Source: Eledone cirrhosa
Taxonomy: Eukaryota
Length of the DNA stretch: 64,000 nucleotides
Reading direction: 5' to 3'
NCBI GenBank assembly: GCA_964016885.1
Contig: OZ024742.1
Location: 289,788,001 to 289,852,000 of the forward strand
A program made the translations under genes and the position numbers. Below, one piece after another: positions 1 to 11,477 of the stretch (position 1 is the stretch's first letter; every line of letters begins with the position of its first letter). A model generated the notes under the pieces. The model was given only the letters and a program-made list of their open reading frames with translations. It was not told where the DNA came from and did no database searches.

Positions 1-84
1 CATATATATATACATATATATACATATATATATGTACATATCATCATCATCATCATCATCGTTTAATGTCCATATATATATACA

Positions 85-380
85 TATATAGACAATATCC
101 CCCCCACACCCCTCACTGGAATGTGGTCGTGGAGGTGCCACGGCAAAAAAGCACCCAGCCCACACTGTAAAGTGGACATGTAGGCGCCACGAAAAAGCAC
201 CCAGCACACACTGTAAATGAGGTTGGTGTTAGGAAGGGCATCCAGCTGTAGAAATCAAGCCAAATCAGTTCTTGTATGAGCAAGGCATGGTCAGCCGACC
301 AGACACTGCCCACAACAGGACAACCCGTCTAACCCATGCTAGCGTGGAAGAACGGACGTAAAACGGTGATGAAGATGATG
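85..380 (+). mobile_element. Non-autonomous RTE-derived element or RTE 3' end (family A) with (GAT)n tail
   Basis: Near-identical copies at about 2495-2798 and 24130-24444; ends ACCCATGCTAGCGTGGAAGAACGGACGTAAAAC-(GAT)n, homologous to the 3' end of the RTE at 18919-18981. Confidence 0.8.
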
Positions 381-490
381 ATATATATATATACATATAT
401 ATACATAATTATATATACATATATATATATATACATGTTGCCAATAAGAAACACACGCACCAGTTGCTTTCACTTCAATTTATTATAATA

Positions 491-709
491 AATTTATAAA
501 TTTCCGGTTGGTTGGTTGGTGCCTCTCCTTTGTTCTGTCCTACGCCATCAACAAGATAGCGTAGGACAGAACAAAGGAGAGGCACAAAAACAAAGAAAGG
601 AATCCCCAGTCACTGAAGAGGTCACAGAATGTGTGACGAAAGAACTCTGACAATATATAAACAATCATCTGGTTGTGGAACCAACCAACCAACCGGAAAT
701 TTATAAATT
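491..709. mobile_element. Probable Penelope-like pLTR remnant with inversion
   Basis: Inverted repeats 491-520/680-709 and 520-545/559-584, plus a minimal hammerhead-like motif at 609-651. Confidence 0.5.
609..651 (+). ncRNA. Candidate minimal type-I hammerhead ribozyme
   Basis: GTCA-CTGAAGA-G-GTCACA/TGTGAC-GAAA-G(AA)C-TC-TGAC. Both core boxes and stems I and II are present; stem III is very short and there is an extra G after the CUGANGA box. Confidence 0.45.
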
Positions 710-715
710 CGTAAA

Positions 716-1188
716 CGACCTCACACACTTACACCTCTCCAAGACAATGTCACTGGACCAAGATCTTTGGCGCTACACAGTAATACAGAAGACCCGCCTT
801 ACCTAAGTACAAAGTGAAACCTACTACAGTCAGTAGGCACCTCTAACAAAATACACCCCCGTCCCACTACCCCCTCCCCATCCACACCACCCCTTTCAAT
901 GTAAAGTTATGTTGGTACCAAAACTTCCAGCCCGAAACAAATGAGGTCGTGTAGGTGTCACGACAAAAAAAACACACAGTCCACGCTGTAATGTGGGCGT
1001 GTAGGTAACACGGTAAAAACCTCCCAGTTGCACACTGTAAATGTGGTTGGTGTTAGGAAGGGCATCCAGCCGTAGAAAACCCGCCAGACAGTCCTATGCG
1101 AGCAAGACAACCACTCTTGCCTCAAATGGGAAAATTCCCGTCCAAACCCATGCAAGCGTGGAATATGGACGTTAAACGATGATGATGA
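716..1188 (+). mobile_element. 5'-truncated RTE LINE (family B) 3' end
   Basis: Matches about 40265-40860 (end of ORF plus 3' UTR); (GAT)n tail. Confidence 0.85.
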
Positions 1189-1245
1189 TATATATATACA
1201 TACATATAGATATATATATACATACATACATATATATATATATAC

Positions 1246-1568
1246 ATGGTGGCTGCCAACTCGTTTTCGAGTACGACCACTACTTTATATTCATGTAGGA
1301 GAACTCCTACCGATGCCCTGAACAAGTGTGACTTTTTAGTCCAGCCAACGTATTGAAAACTCTGGTACAAACACTACACTTGTGACAATTATTGACACAT
1401 AGTGCTGGGCCCATGGTACCACGTGACAACAAGTGCAGAGAGATCTCCAGATATAAAGCAATGCCTGTGCCGTGAAGCTTTTATAGTGAGCAAAGGCACT
1501 GCACAAAGCCAGTCCCACTCTCTTAACCAAGATGATATTTACCAAAAAGATATATATACATACATACA

Positions 1569-1604
<36 letters not shown>

Positions 1605-3472
1605 TACATACACATACATACACACATGTATATATACATACATATATACATACATACACAACTAGTTAGGAAATTACAAGTACAATCCATTAATGGAACA
1701 GTAAAAATATGTAAAACATTCCAAAAATTTTGCATCTAATAACTGCATATACACATGTACAGATACAAAGCATATACACAGGCACACATACAATAACATC
1801 CATATCTACACATGCATGCATACATAATCTACCTAGTTGATGTTGTGTAAATTCCAATGAGAGAGTCTTGTGTCTACGTTAGAAACCGACTCTCTCTCTA
1901 TTGGGAAAAAATTTGTGAAATCATAAAACCAGAAGAACATACATACATACATATATGGTGACAATTATTGACACATGGTGCTGGGCCCATGGTACCATGT
2001 GACGTCAAGTGCAGAGAGATCTGCAGATACAAAGCAATGCCTGTGCCGTGAAACTTTTATAGTGAGAAAAGGCACTGCACAAAGCCAGTCCCACTCTCTT
2101 AACCAAGATGATATTTACCAAAAAGAAGATCAAGTCAACATCATTGGATACCATCAGGGTTGCAGGTGTTCTATCAGAGTTTTCCTTCTCCTAAAATTCT
2201 GCCTTGACAAAGGCTAAGGGGTCATCTCTCCCGGTGATTTTGGATGGCCATTGACTCTTAAGAGCTCCTTTGCCCTTCGACAGGTTTTGTTTTTAGTCCT
2301 GCAGGATGTCCAAAGTCACCCTCCTCACCAAGAAACCTTGGTGGGGTTGCCAGTTTAGTCGCCAACAACCCGACCATGAGACAAGTTGTACTGGGATACA
2401 TGTTACCAGTAGCACATATATATATATACATACATACATACATACATGTATATATATACATATTTACATATATATATATACATACATACATATATGCAAG
2501 CTGAAGCATATAGACAATATGCCCCCACACCCCCACCGCAAGGTGGTCGTGGAGGTGCCACGGCAAAAAAGCACCCAGCCCACACTGTAAAGTGGACGTG
2601 TAGGCGCCACGAAAAAGCACCCAGCACTCACTGTAAATGAGGTTGGTGTTAGGAAGGGCATCCAGCTGTAGAAATCAAGCCAGATCAGTTCCTGTATGAG
2701 CAAGGCATGGTCAGCCGACCAGACACTGCCCACAACAGGACAACCCGTGTAACCCATGCTAGCATGGAAGAACGGACGTAAAACGGTGATGATGATGATA
2801 CATACATACATACATACATACATACATTTATACATACATACATATATATATATACATGGTGGCTGCCAACTCGTTTTCGAGTACGGCCACTACTTTATAT
2901 CCATGTAGGAGAACCCCTACCAATGCGCTGAACGAGTGTGACTTTTTAGTCCAGCCAGCGACTTGAAAACTCTGGTACAAACACTACACTTGTGACAATT
3001 ATTGACACATAGTGCTGGGCCCATGGTACCATGTGACGACAAGTGCAGAGAGATCTCCAGATATAAAGCAATGCCTGTGCTGTGAAGCTTTTATAGTGAG
3101 CAAAGGCACTGCACAAAGCCAGTCCCACTCTCTTAACCAAGATAATATTTACCAAAAAGAAGAACAATTCAACATCATTGGATACCATCAGGGTTGCAGG
3201 TGTTATATCAGAGTTTTCCTTCTCCTAGAATTCTGCCTTGACAAAGGCTAAGGGGTCATCTCTCCCGGTGATTTTGGACGGCCATTGAGCTCCTTTGGCC
3301 TTTGACAGGTTTTGTTTTTAGTCCTGTAGGATGTTCAAAGTCACCCTCCTCACCAAGAAACCTTGTATATACATGTATGTATGTATATATATACATATAT
3401 ATATACATACATACATGTATATATATATATACATACATGTATATATATATACATATATATATACATACATAC

Positions 3473-3503
<31 letters not shown>

Positions 3504-3860
3504 CATATATATATACATACATACATATATATATACATATATATATACATACATACATGTATATATATATATACATATATATATACATACATATATATAT
3601 ATATACATACATACATATATACATGGTGGCTGCCAACTCGTTTTCGAGTACGGCCACTACTTTATATCCATGTAGAGAACCCCTACCGATGCACTGAACG
3701 AGTGTGACTTCTTAGTCCAGCCAGCGACTTGAAAACTCTGGTACAAACACTACACTTGTGACAATTATTGACACATAGTGCTGGGCCCATGGTACCATGT
3801 GACGACAAGTGCAGAGAGATCTCCAGATATAAAGCAATGCCTGTGCCGTGAAGTTTTTAT
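1246..3860 (-). repeat. Four partial copies of a non-coding RTE-like retroposon (1246-1549, 1957-2414, 2856-3365, 3623-3860)
   Basis: Near-identical blocks, three beginning ATGGTGGCTGCCAACTCGTTTTCGAGTACG; they contain GAGTTTTCCTTCTCCTA...GCCTTGACAAAGGCT, resembling RTE 5' UTRs; a diverged relative lies at about 43020-43270. Confidence 0.6.
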
Positions 3861-3994
3861 ATATACATACATACATGTATATATATATATACATATATAT
3901 ATACATACATGTATATATATATATACATATATGTATATACATATATATATACATACATATATACATACATATATACATACATGTATATATATAC

Positions 3995-4029
<35 letters not shown>

Positions 4030-4169
4030 CATATATATACATACATACATGTATATATATACATATATATATACATACATACATACATGTATATATCTAC
4101 ATATATATACATACATATATATACATACATGTTATATATATGCATACATACATATATATATACCACTGC

Positions 4170-5072
4170 TGATGGGTGACAAAATCAGCAGTGGGGGAGG
4201 GTGCTCTGAAAGTACAGTAGCTAGAGTCGGAACTGGATGGAAAAAGTTCAGAGAGCTTATACCACTATTAGCCGCTAAAGGGTTCTCCCTAAAAATGAAA
4301 GGCAGGTTGTATGATGCCTGCATACGGACAGCAATGTTGCATGGCAGTGAGACCTGGGCATTGTGTGCAGAGGATATACGCAGACTAGAGAGGAACGAAG
4401 CTTGCATGCTCCGCTGGATGTGTAATAGTAATATACGTGAACGGCAAAGCATAAACGAACTAAGGGAAAAATTAGAAATAAGAGGGATCAGATGTTGTTT
4501 ACTCAAGAGAAGGCTACGTTGGTATGGTCACGTGATGCGCATGAAAGACGACAGCTGTATAAAAAAGTGCAGGGCAATAAAGATAGACGGTAGCCACGGA
4601 GTAGGCAGACCCAGAAAAACCTGGGACGACCTGATAAATTCAGACCTCAGACACTTACACCTCTCCAAGACAATGTCACTGGACCGAGATCTTTGGCGGA
4701 ACTCAGTAATAGAGAAGACCCACCTTGCCTAAATACAAAGTAAACCTACTACAGTCGTCAGTATGCATCTCTAACAAAATACGCCCCCGTCACGCCACCC
4801 CCACCCCATCCACACCGCCCCTTTCAATGTAAAGTTATGTTGGTGCCACAACATCCAGGCCGAAACAAATGAGGTCGTGTAGGCAACACAGTAAAAACCT
4901 CCCAGTCCCACACTGTAAATGTGGTTGGTGTTAGGAAGGGCATCCAGCTGTAGAAAACCCGCCAGACAGTCCTATGCGAGCAAGACAACCACTCTTGCCT
5001 CAAGTGGGAAAACACCCATCCAAACCCATGCAAGCGTGGAACATGGACGTTAAACGATGATGATGATGATGA
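4170..5072 (+). mobile_element. 5'-truncated RTE LINE (family B): RT C-terminus plus 3' UTR
   Basis: [10 protein letters not shown]...[11 protein letters not shown]...GRPRKTW is nearly identical to 39797-40356; (GAT)n tail. The N-terminus of the track ORF is microsatellite. Confidence 0.9.
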
Positions 5073-5243
5073 TATACATACATACGTATATACATATATA
5101 TACATACATATATACATATATATACATACATACATGTATATATATACATACATACATATATACATATATATACATACATACATATATATACATACATACA
5201 TGTATATATATACATACATACATACATATATATACATACATAC

Positions 5244-5282
<39 letters not shown>

Positions 5283-5313
5283 CATACATATACATACATA
5301 CATACATGTATAT

Positions 5314-6271
5314 ACTAGACATGAAAAATGCGCAAGCTCAAAAGTGCCACAGAATGTTATAATAAACCTTCAAAAGTGTGGGACTAGAGTTGTTGCTAAA
5401 AAATATTGTAATCATTACATATCGTACATTCTGTGGCATCCTTTATAAAAAATAGCTTAAACCAACGAAGCCTTTATTTTTACGCTATTTCACTTAGTTA
5501 ATTCTTAGAGTGTAACATATAAAAATATGATTTACAACTATAAAATAAATTAATTAATATAATAACAGAGCTGCGGAGCTGAAATTTAGGAAATAATGGA
5601 GTATCGGATCCTGAGTTGGAGCCAGTCAATTTTTGGCCGACTCCGCAGCCCTGTATAATACATTTCATATTAAAGTTATTAATAAGCCTATTTTACACTG
5701 CATGCAAATTACCATGAGATATTGATATTAGATATAAGATACAGCGCAATATCTACAGCTGTAAAAGTACGAAAGCGAAGTAATAATAAGTGGCTTAAGG
5801 TAATTCCAATATGAAAGTTTGTAGTGATAAAAATTTGATAATGCAATACGATTGTTAATATTATAGTTCTATGAAAATGTAACAATAGATAACTAAATTA
5901 TTTTACTATTAGTATATTTAAGAAATTATCATTATAGATTTGATCGTTCATATAAGCATCATATTAATTTTCAACACAATTATTTTGTTACTATGAGTAT
6001 ATGATAATAATATTACGTAATTATTTATAGCTGTTATTACATTAAACATAGATGTATTTATTTTTATATGTTACACTCTAAGAATTAACTAAGTGAAATA
6101 GCGTAAAAATAAAGGCTTCGTTGGTTTAAGCTATTTTTATAAAGGATGCCACAGAATGTACGATATATAATGATTACAATATTTTTTAGCAACAACTCTA
6201 GTCCCACACTTTTGAAGGTTTATTATAACATTCTGTGGCACTTCTGAGCTTGCGCATTTTTCATGTCTAGT
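5314..6271. mobile_element. Foldback/MITE-like element with about 213-bp terminal inverted repeats
   Basis: 5314-5527 is the near-perfect reverse complement of 6059-6271; no clear TSD; superfamily not assignable. Confidence 0.75.
5566..5653. mobile_element. 88-bp hAT-type MITE
   Basis: TIRs CAGAGCTGCGGAG / CTCCGCAGCCCTG; flanks TATAATAA / TATAATAC match at 7 of 8 positions, consistent with an 8-bp TSD. Confidence 0.65.
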
Positions 6272-6842
6272 TTAATATTTTTTTAAGGCAACGCTTGTAA
6301 TAACTCTAGTTAAACAGGATATATATTAATAATAAATTATCGTTGTAATGTAATTAGATTATGTAATTGTTATTATAAATTATCTTATAAATATTAGTGT
6401 AAGATGTATAAAAATATTTTCAGACTTTTAATATAAACAACTACAAAAAACAATCAATATTAAATCAATATATTATACATAATAGAAAACATAAAATAAA
6501 CAATACAAAAACAAAATATTTACATACAATTGCAATTATCAGTGTATATACATTTTCTTTATATTCCCTGAGCAAATTAATAAGATTTGTTTTTATTGTA
6601 CATAATTTGATGACTTGTTGGAGTGTATTAAAAGATAGCAACAATTTGTGATTAAATTGTTATCTCACTTTTTAATAGTTGTTGGCAACTCACTTTTTAA
6701 TAGTTGTTGGCTGAGCGAAATTGTAAAAGCCTATGAGCAAATATAAAAAAAAATACACAAACAACATTTCCTTGTGTTATTACAACATTAGATAAAATAA
6801 TTGAGCAATGTCGTTATATTTTGCTCTTATTGCACATTAATA

Positions 6843-7010
6843 GTGTTTCTATTTTTCGGCACAAATCCATTACGGCAGTCCATTACTGGTACTTTATTTT
6901 ATCGAATTAGTAAGTATGAAAGTCGAAGTTAACCTCGGCAGGATTTGAACTTAGAATGCAAAGGACCATAACAATACTGCAAAGCATGGTGTCTGACGCT
7001 CTACCAATAC
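6843..7010 (-). mobile_element. tRNA-derived SINE copy, diverged
   Basis: Same family as 48276-48468 (CTGGTACTTTATTTTATCGA...AACCTCGGCAGGATTTGAAC). Confidence 0.75.
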
Positions 7011-7477
7011 TTGTGTTGAGCTGGTCATTAATTTATGGTGGTCGTGCGTGGAGTAGAGCAATCGCTAGTTGAAATATTATGAACAAAACATTTTTATTTG
7101 CCGAAGAACATATTTTCAATACTGTTTGTGAATGTGACGAAGGAAATACATTCTGATATGGAACAGTGTACAAAGTGTGTCTGTGAATAACATAATGTTA
7201 CCTCATGTTGTTGTCAAGACATAATGGATTTCGTATATCCAGTTAGAAGATGAAACCTAGCCATCTCGGATTAGTTATATTTCATGCTATGTGTAAACGT
7301 GTTTGAGGATAGCAAAATATGCGTGTTTCTTGTCTGGAAACTTTCTGCTAAACTGATTGGTTTCGTTTTTGGCACTATACAATACTCATCCAACAGATAG
7401 CTGTATTGGATCCTTGATTGGTTAATATTTAGGTGAGGGTGCTTGATGCAGAGTTAGTGCAAAATGGATCAATGAGT

Positions 7478-8132
7478 GTAATAATAATAATGATAATAAT
7501 AATGAAAATATTGTGTACAATGCTGAGGTGCACTACAACTCATCAAAAGTGCATATATAATACATAGGGTAATATAAAAACGTCAGGAAAAAAGAACAGT
7601 GCATGAGTCATGATATACACATATGTGCATGTGTATGGAAGGGGGACATCAGGTGTAGTTTTGGTGTATTTCGGAATGTATGATGGTTTTAAAGGATGCA
7701 GTGTGTCATCAGCTAACAACTGATGCAGGAAGTTTGTTCCATCCTTCAGCAACTCTGAGCATGAAGAAATATTTCCTAAAGTCATGGGAGCTGTGTTGTT
7801 TTCTGACTTTGTAGGCATGTCCACGTGTTAGACACATGGAGATCAAAAAGGTGTTCGGGGTTGTTGTTGGTCGGATGGTTAATAACTTTGTGGGTGTTTA
7901 CCAAGTCCATTGCCAGAGGGAAGCAAAATATTCAGGGTATGGTAGGTGTCTGATGGAGGGTATGCGCTTGGTTGCATGTCTCTGAACAGTTTCCAGGAGG
8001 TCAATGTTCTGAGCAAGATAGGGGTTCCAGACTGATGACGCGAACTCCAAGTGTATTCGTACCATAGATGTATACAGCTTTAAATAGATGGCTGGAGAGC
8101 AGCTAATGAAGGTCTTGCTGATTGATGCCAAG
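7478..8132 (-). mobile_element. CR1/L2-group LINE 3' fragment
   Basis: LYTSMVRIHLEFASSVWNPY...LETVQRHATKRI, the post-RT motif of CR1-group LINEs; (ATT)n tail near 7478-7503. Confidence 0.8.
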
Positions 8133-8836
8133 TCAATCTTAATAAATTGACTGATTTATCTGTTCACTACTGCTAATCCACCGCTGTTTGTACAATTTTT
8201 TAGATAATGTCAATTTGAGCTTGAATCATTGGCGTAATGAAATTTGAAAAGATTATAAGCAAATCTTTTTTAAAATACACAGACAACATTTAACTGTATC
8301 GTTGCAACATTAGATCTAATAATGGAGCAACATTTGTGCAGAATTATTGTTTGTGCAATAAGATATTTGCAGATCTGTACTTGGTCTGCTCTTTAGCCAA
8401 CTCGGTACGTTTAGAAGCTCTACGCTCGGCTTGCTTTTGAGATATAATAGCTGAATTTGCAGATCTATACTTGGCCTGCTTGTTTGCCAACTCATACCGT
8501 TTTGAACATCTATACTTGGCCTGTTTTTGTGTTAATTTAGCAAAATTCACAGCTCTATAATCGGCCTGTTTTTGTCTCAACTTCTCCCGATTCCGCATCC
8601 GGTAAGCTGCTTTCACATCCAATTTAATACGCCCATCTAGATTATTAGCACAGGAATGTGAACAAGCTTGTGGGACCGCATCATTGTAAGTATATGAACT
8701 GCCTGCAACATCAAGACCCAATTCACAAGTGCAGCGTTGCTCATTCACATCGGCAGTGGGGACACCAAAATCAGTGACATGTCTCGATTCACTCGCGAGA
8801 AACATCACAGCTACACTATATATTTAAACATATATA

Positions 8837-8900
8837 CAGTGATACCTCGCTACTTGGCGGTTCAACTATCGCGGATTCATGATTTCGCGCATTTTTAGAA
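8837..8900 (+). mobile_element. Single pogo/Tigger-like TIR end
   Basis: TA|CAGTGATACCTCGCTACTTGGCGGTTCAACTATCGCGG; no partner end found. Confidence 0.35.
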
Positions 8901-9079
8901 TATATATATGAACACCTAAAATTTTTCATTAAATCCATTAAAATATTAATAATAAACACAGTTCTAATCATACGCTATATATATATATATATAAGTAATT
9001 AATACCGTATAAATGGTACAAAGACTGTTTATGTAAAATGTATTTCTCAACAGAGTATTGAATACTTAGGAGAAATTCA

Positions 9080-9390
<311 letters not shown>

Positions 9391-10404
9391 TCTAGTCCTT
9401 CGCTCAAGATTAATCTATAAGTTTAGATGTCTGCCTTCGTTTAAGTAAATATTACAGTAAGATTTTTAATATAAACAACTACAAAAAACAATTAATATTA
9501 AAACGAAAAAATTATCAATGATAAAAGAAGCGGATGCAACTTTTTTTTTTATAAAGTTATATTCCTGTTTCTTTAAAGAACATTTCATTTTTGTTCTATT
9601 GTAGGCGAAATAATGCAATGGTTTAATAGGGAAGATATAACTTACCAATTATGTCTCTAACCGTGTAACGCTTTTTAAGTAGATAACTACAATTGAAAAT
9701 ACTAAAGAAATGGAACCAACAATTCAATTTGAAAGTCGTCTACTTATAGTGACAGTGTATTACTGGTACTTTATTTTATCGACCCCGTAACGATGAAAGG
9801 CAAAAATGCAAATGCTTAAAATTTAAATTGCCTTAATTCTATCGTCTGCTGTTTCATTAAAGGGAGATTCTCGTCTGTATTTAATTCTATCGTCTACTGT
9901 TCCACTAAACAGATATACCTCCACTATCGTCTCTATTTATACATTTTAACTTATAACTTATACACATTTGATTTGAAATATTTTATCTAGTTCCCCCCTC
10001 TCAATATTATGATGATTTCTTTCGAATGAAACAGTTCTAGTCCTGTAGAAGCCATTTATATATATAATTGAACTGAGTTAAAAATTCACAATATTTATAA
10101 TTAAATAAGCTCATATATATATGTGTGTATTTATCTGTTTATTGTATTATATATAATGTGTGTATATACAGGATGTCCCCCAAAAATATATACACACTTC
10201 AACAGCATTCTAATAACTATTGCCTGTACAGGTAATCAAAGTGTCAATCGAATGTTAGTTTCGTGTTTTAACAGTACAAATTTACAATACACACATAAAA
10301 CCAGTGTATATACATACATGAGTGTGTATACACATACATGAATGTGTATATACAATATATATGTATATATATATAGACACATATATTCACGGTGCAACGG
10401 AACA

Positions 10405-10781
10405 TTAAAATATAGATGCGGGGGGGGGGGGGTATATATAGGGGCGCTGGGGGTAAAGGAGTGTAAAGCGTAAGTGTGTAATTGATATATTGAAGGAGAG
10501 GAGCGTGCAGCGATAGAGTAACAAATATATAGAGAGGGGGAGAGATGGTATTGAAGGGGAGGAGTGCAAAGCGAAAGAGTAAGAGAGATATATATAGAGA
10601 CGGAACAGATAGAGAGAAACAGGCGTAAGTAACAGTGGAAGAGATATAGAGAGAGGGGGTAATAAATAAATGGAAATATAAGTGTAACAGTATAAGAGAT
10701 ATATAGAGAGGGGGAAATGTGTTATTGAAGGGGGGGAGTGTAAAGCGAAAGCGTAAGATATATATAGAGAGAGGGGGAATA

Positions 10782-10820
<39 letters not shown>
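10405..10820. repeat. GA-rich degenerate minisatellite plus (TA)n
   Basis: Recurrent TATTGAAGGGGAGGAGTG...AGAGTAA...ATATATAGAGAGGGGG units. Confidence 0.7.
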
Positions 10821-10825
<5 letters not shown>

Positions 10826-10974
10826 ACTTACTCTGATTGGTTGAAAATTAGCCAATGACATACGATCACCACCACCATGGCTATCCCCGGAAAATTTATG
10901 AAGAAGTTAGGCATATATGTTAGAACACGCAAAGTGAACATTCTGTTGTTTCACACTTTTCGTGTTCTAACAGA

Positions 10975-11477
10975 TATACATACATGTATATATATACATA
11001 CATACATATACATACATACATACATATACATACATACATGTATATATATACATACATACATATACATACATATACATACATACATGTATATATATACATA
11101 CATACATACATATATATATATACATACATACATGTATATATATACATATATACATATATATATATATACATACATGTATATATATACATACATACATACA
11201 TATATATATATACATACATACATGTATATATATACATATATACATATATATATATATACATACATACATGTATATATATACATACATACATACATATATA
11301 TATATACATACATACATGTATATATATACATACATACATGTATATATATACATATATACATATATATATATATACATACATACATGTATATATATACATA
11401 CATACATACATGTATATATATATATACATATATACATATATATATACATACATACATACATATATATATACATACAT
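10975..11477. repeat. (TACA)n/(TA)n microsatellite array
   Basis: About 500 bp of simple repeat directly upstream of the R4-like element. Confidence 0.95.

Larger units (their letters stand above)
1..5313. repeat. Microsatellite-rich block of (TA)n/(TACA)n/(TACATG) interleaved with retroelement fragments
   Basis: Long TA/TACA runs at 1-50, 1188-1245, 1550-1660, 3365-3622, 3860-4160 and 5073-5313; they produce the spurious Y/I/H/M/C ORFs. Confidence 0.95.

Noticed and set aside
3256-4180. Many overlapping Y/I/H/M/C-rich ORFs (also near 4824-5448, 10877-11533, 14480-14913 and 23342-23723)
   Set aside because: They are stop-free translations of TA/TACA microsatellites.
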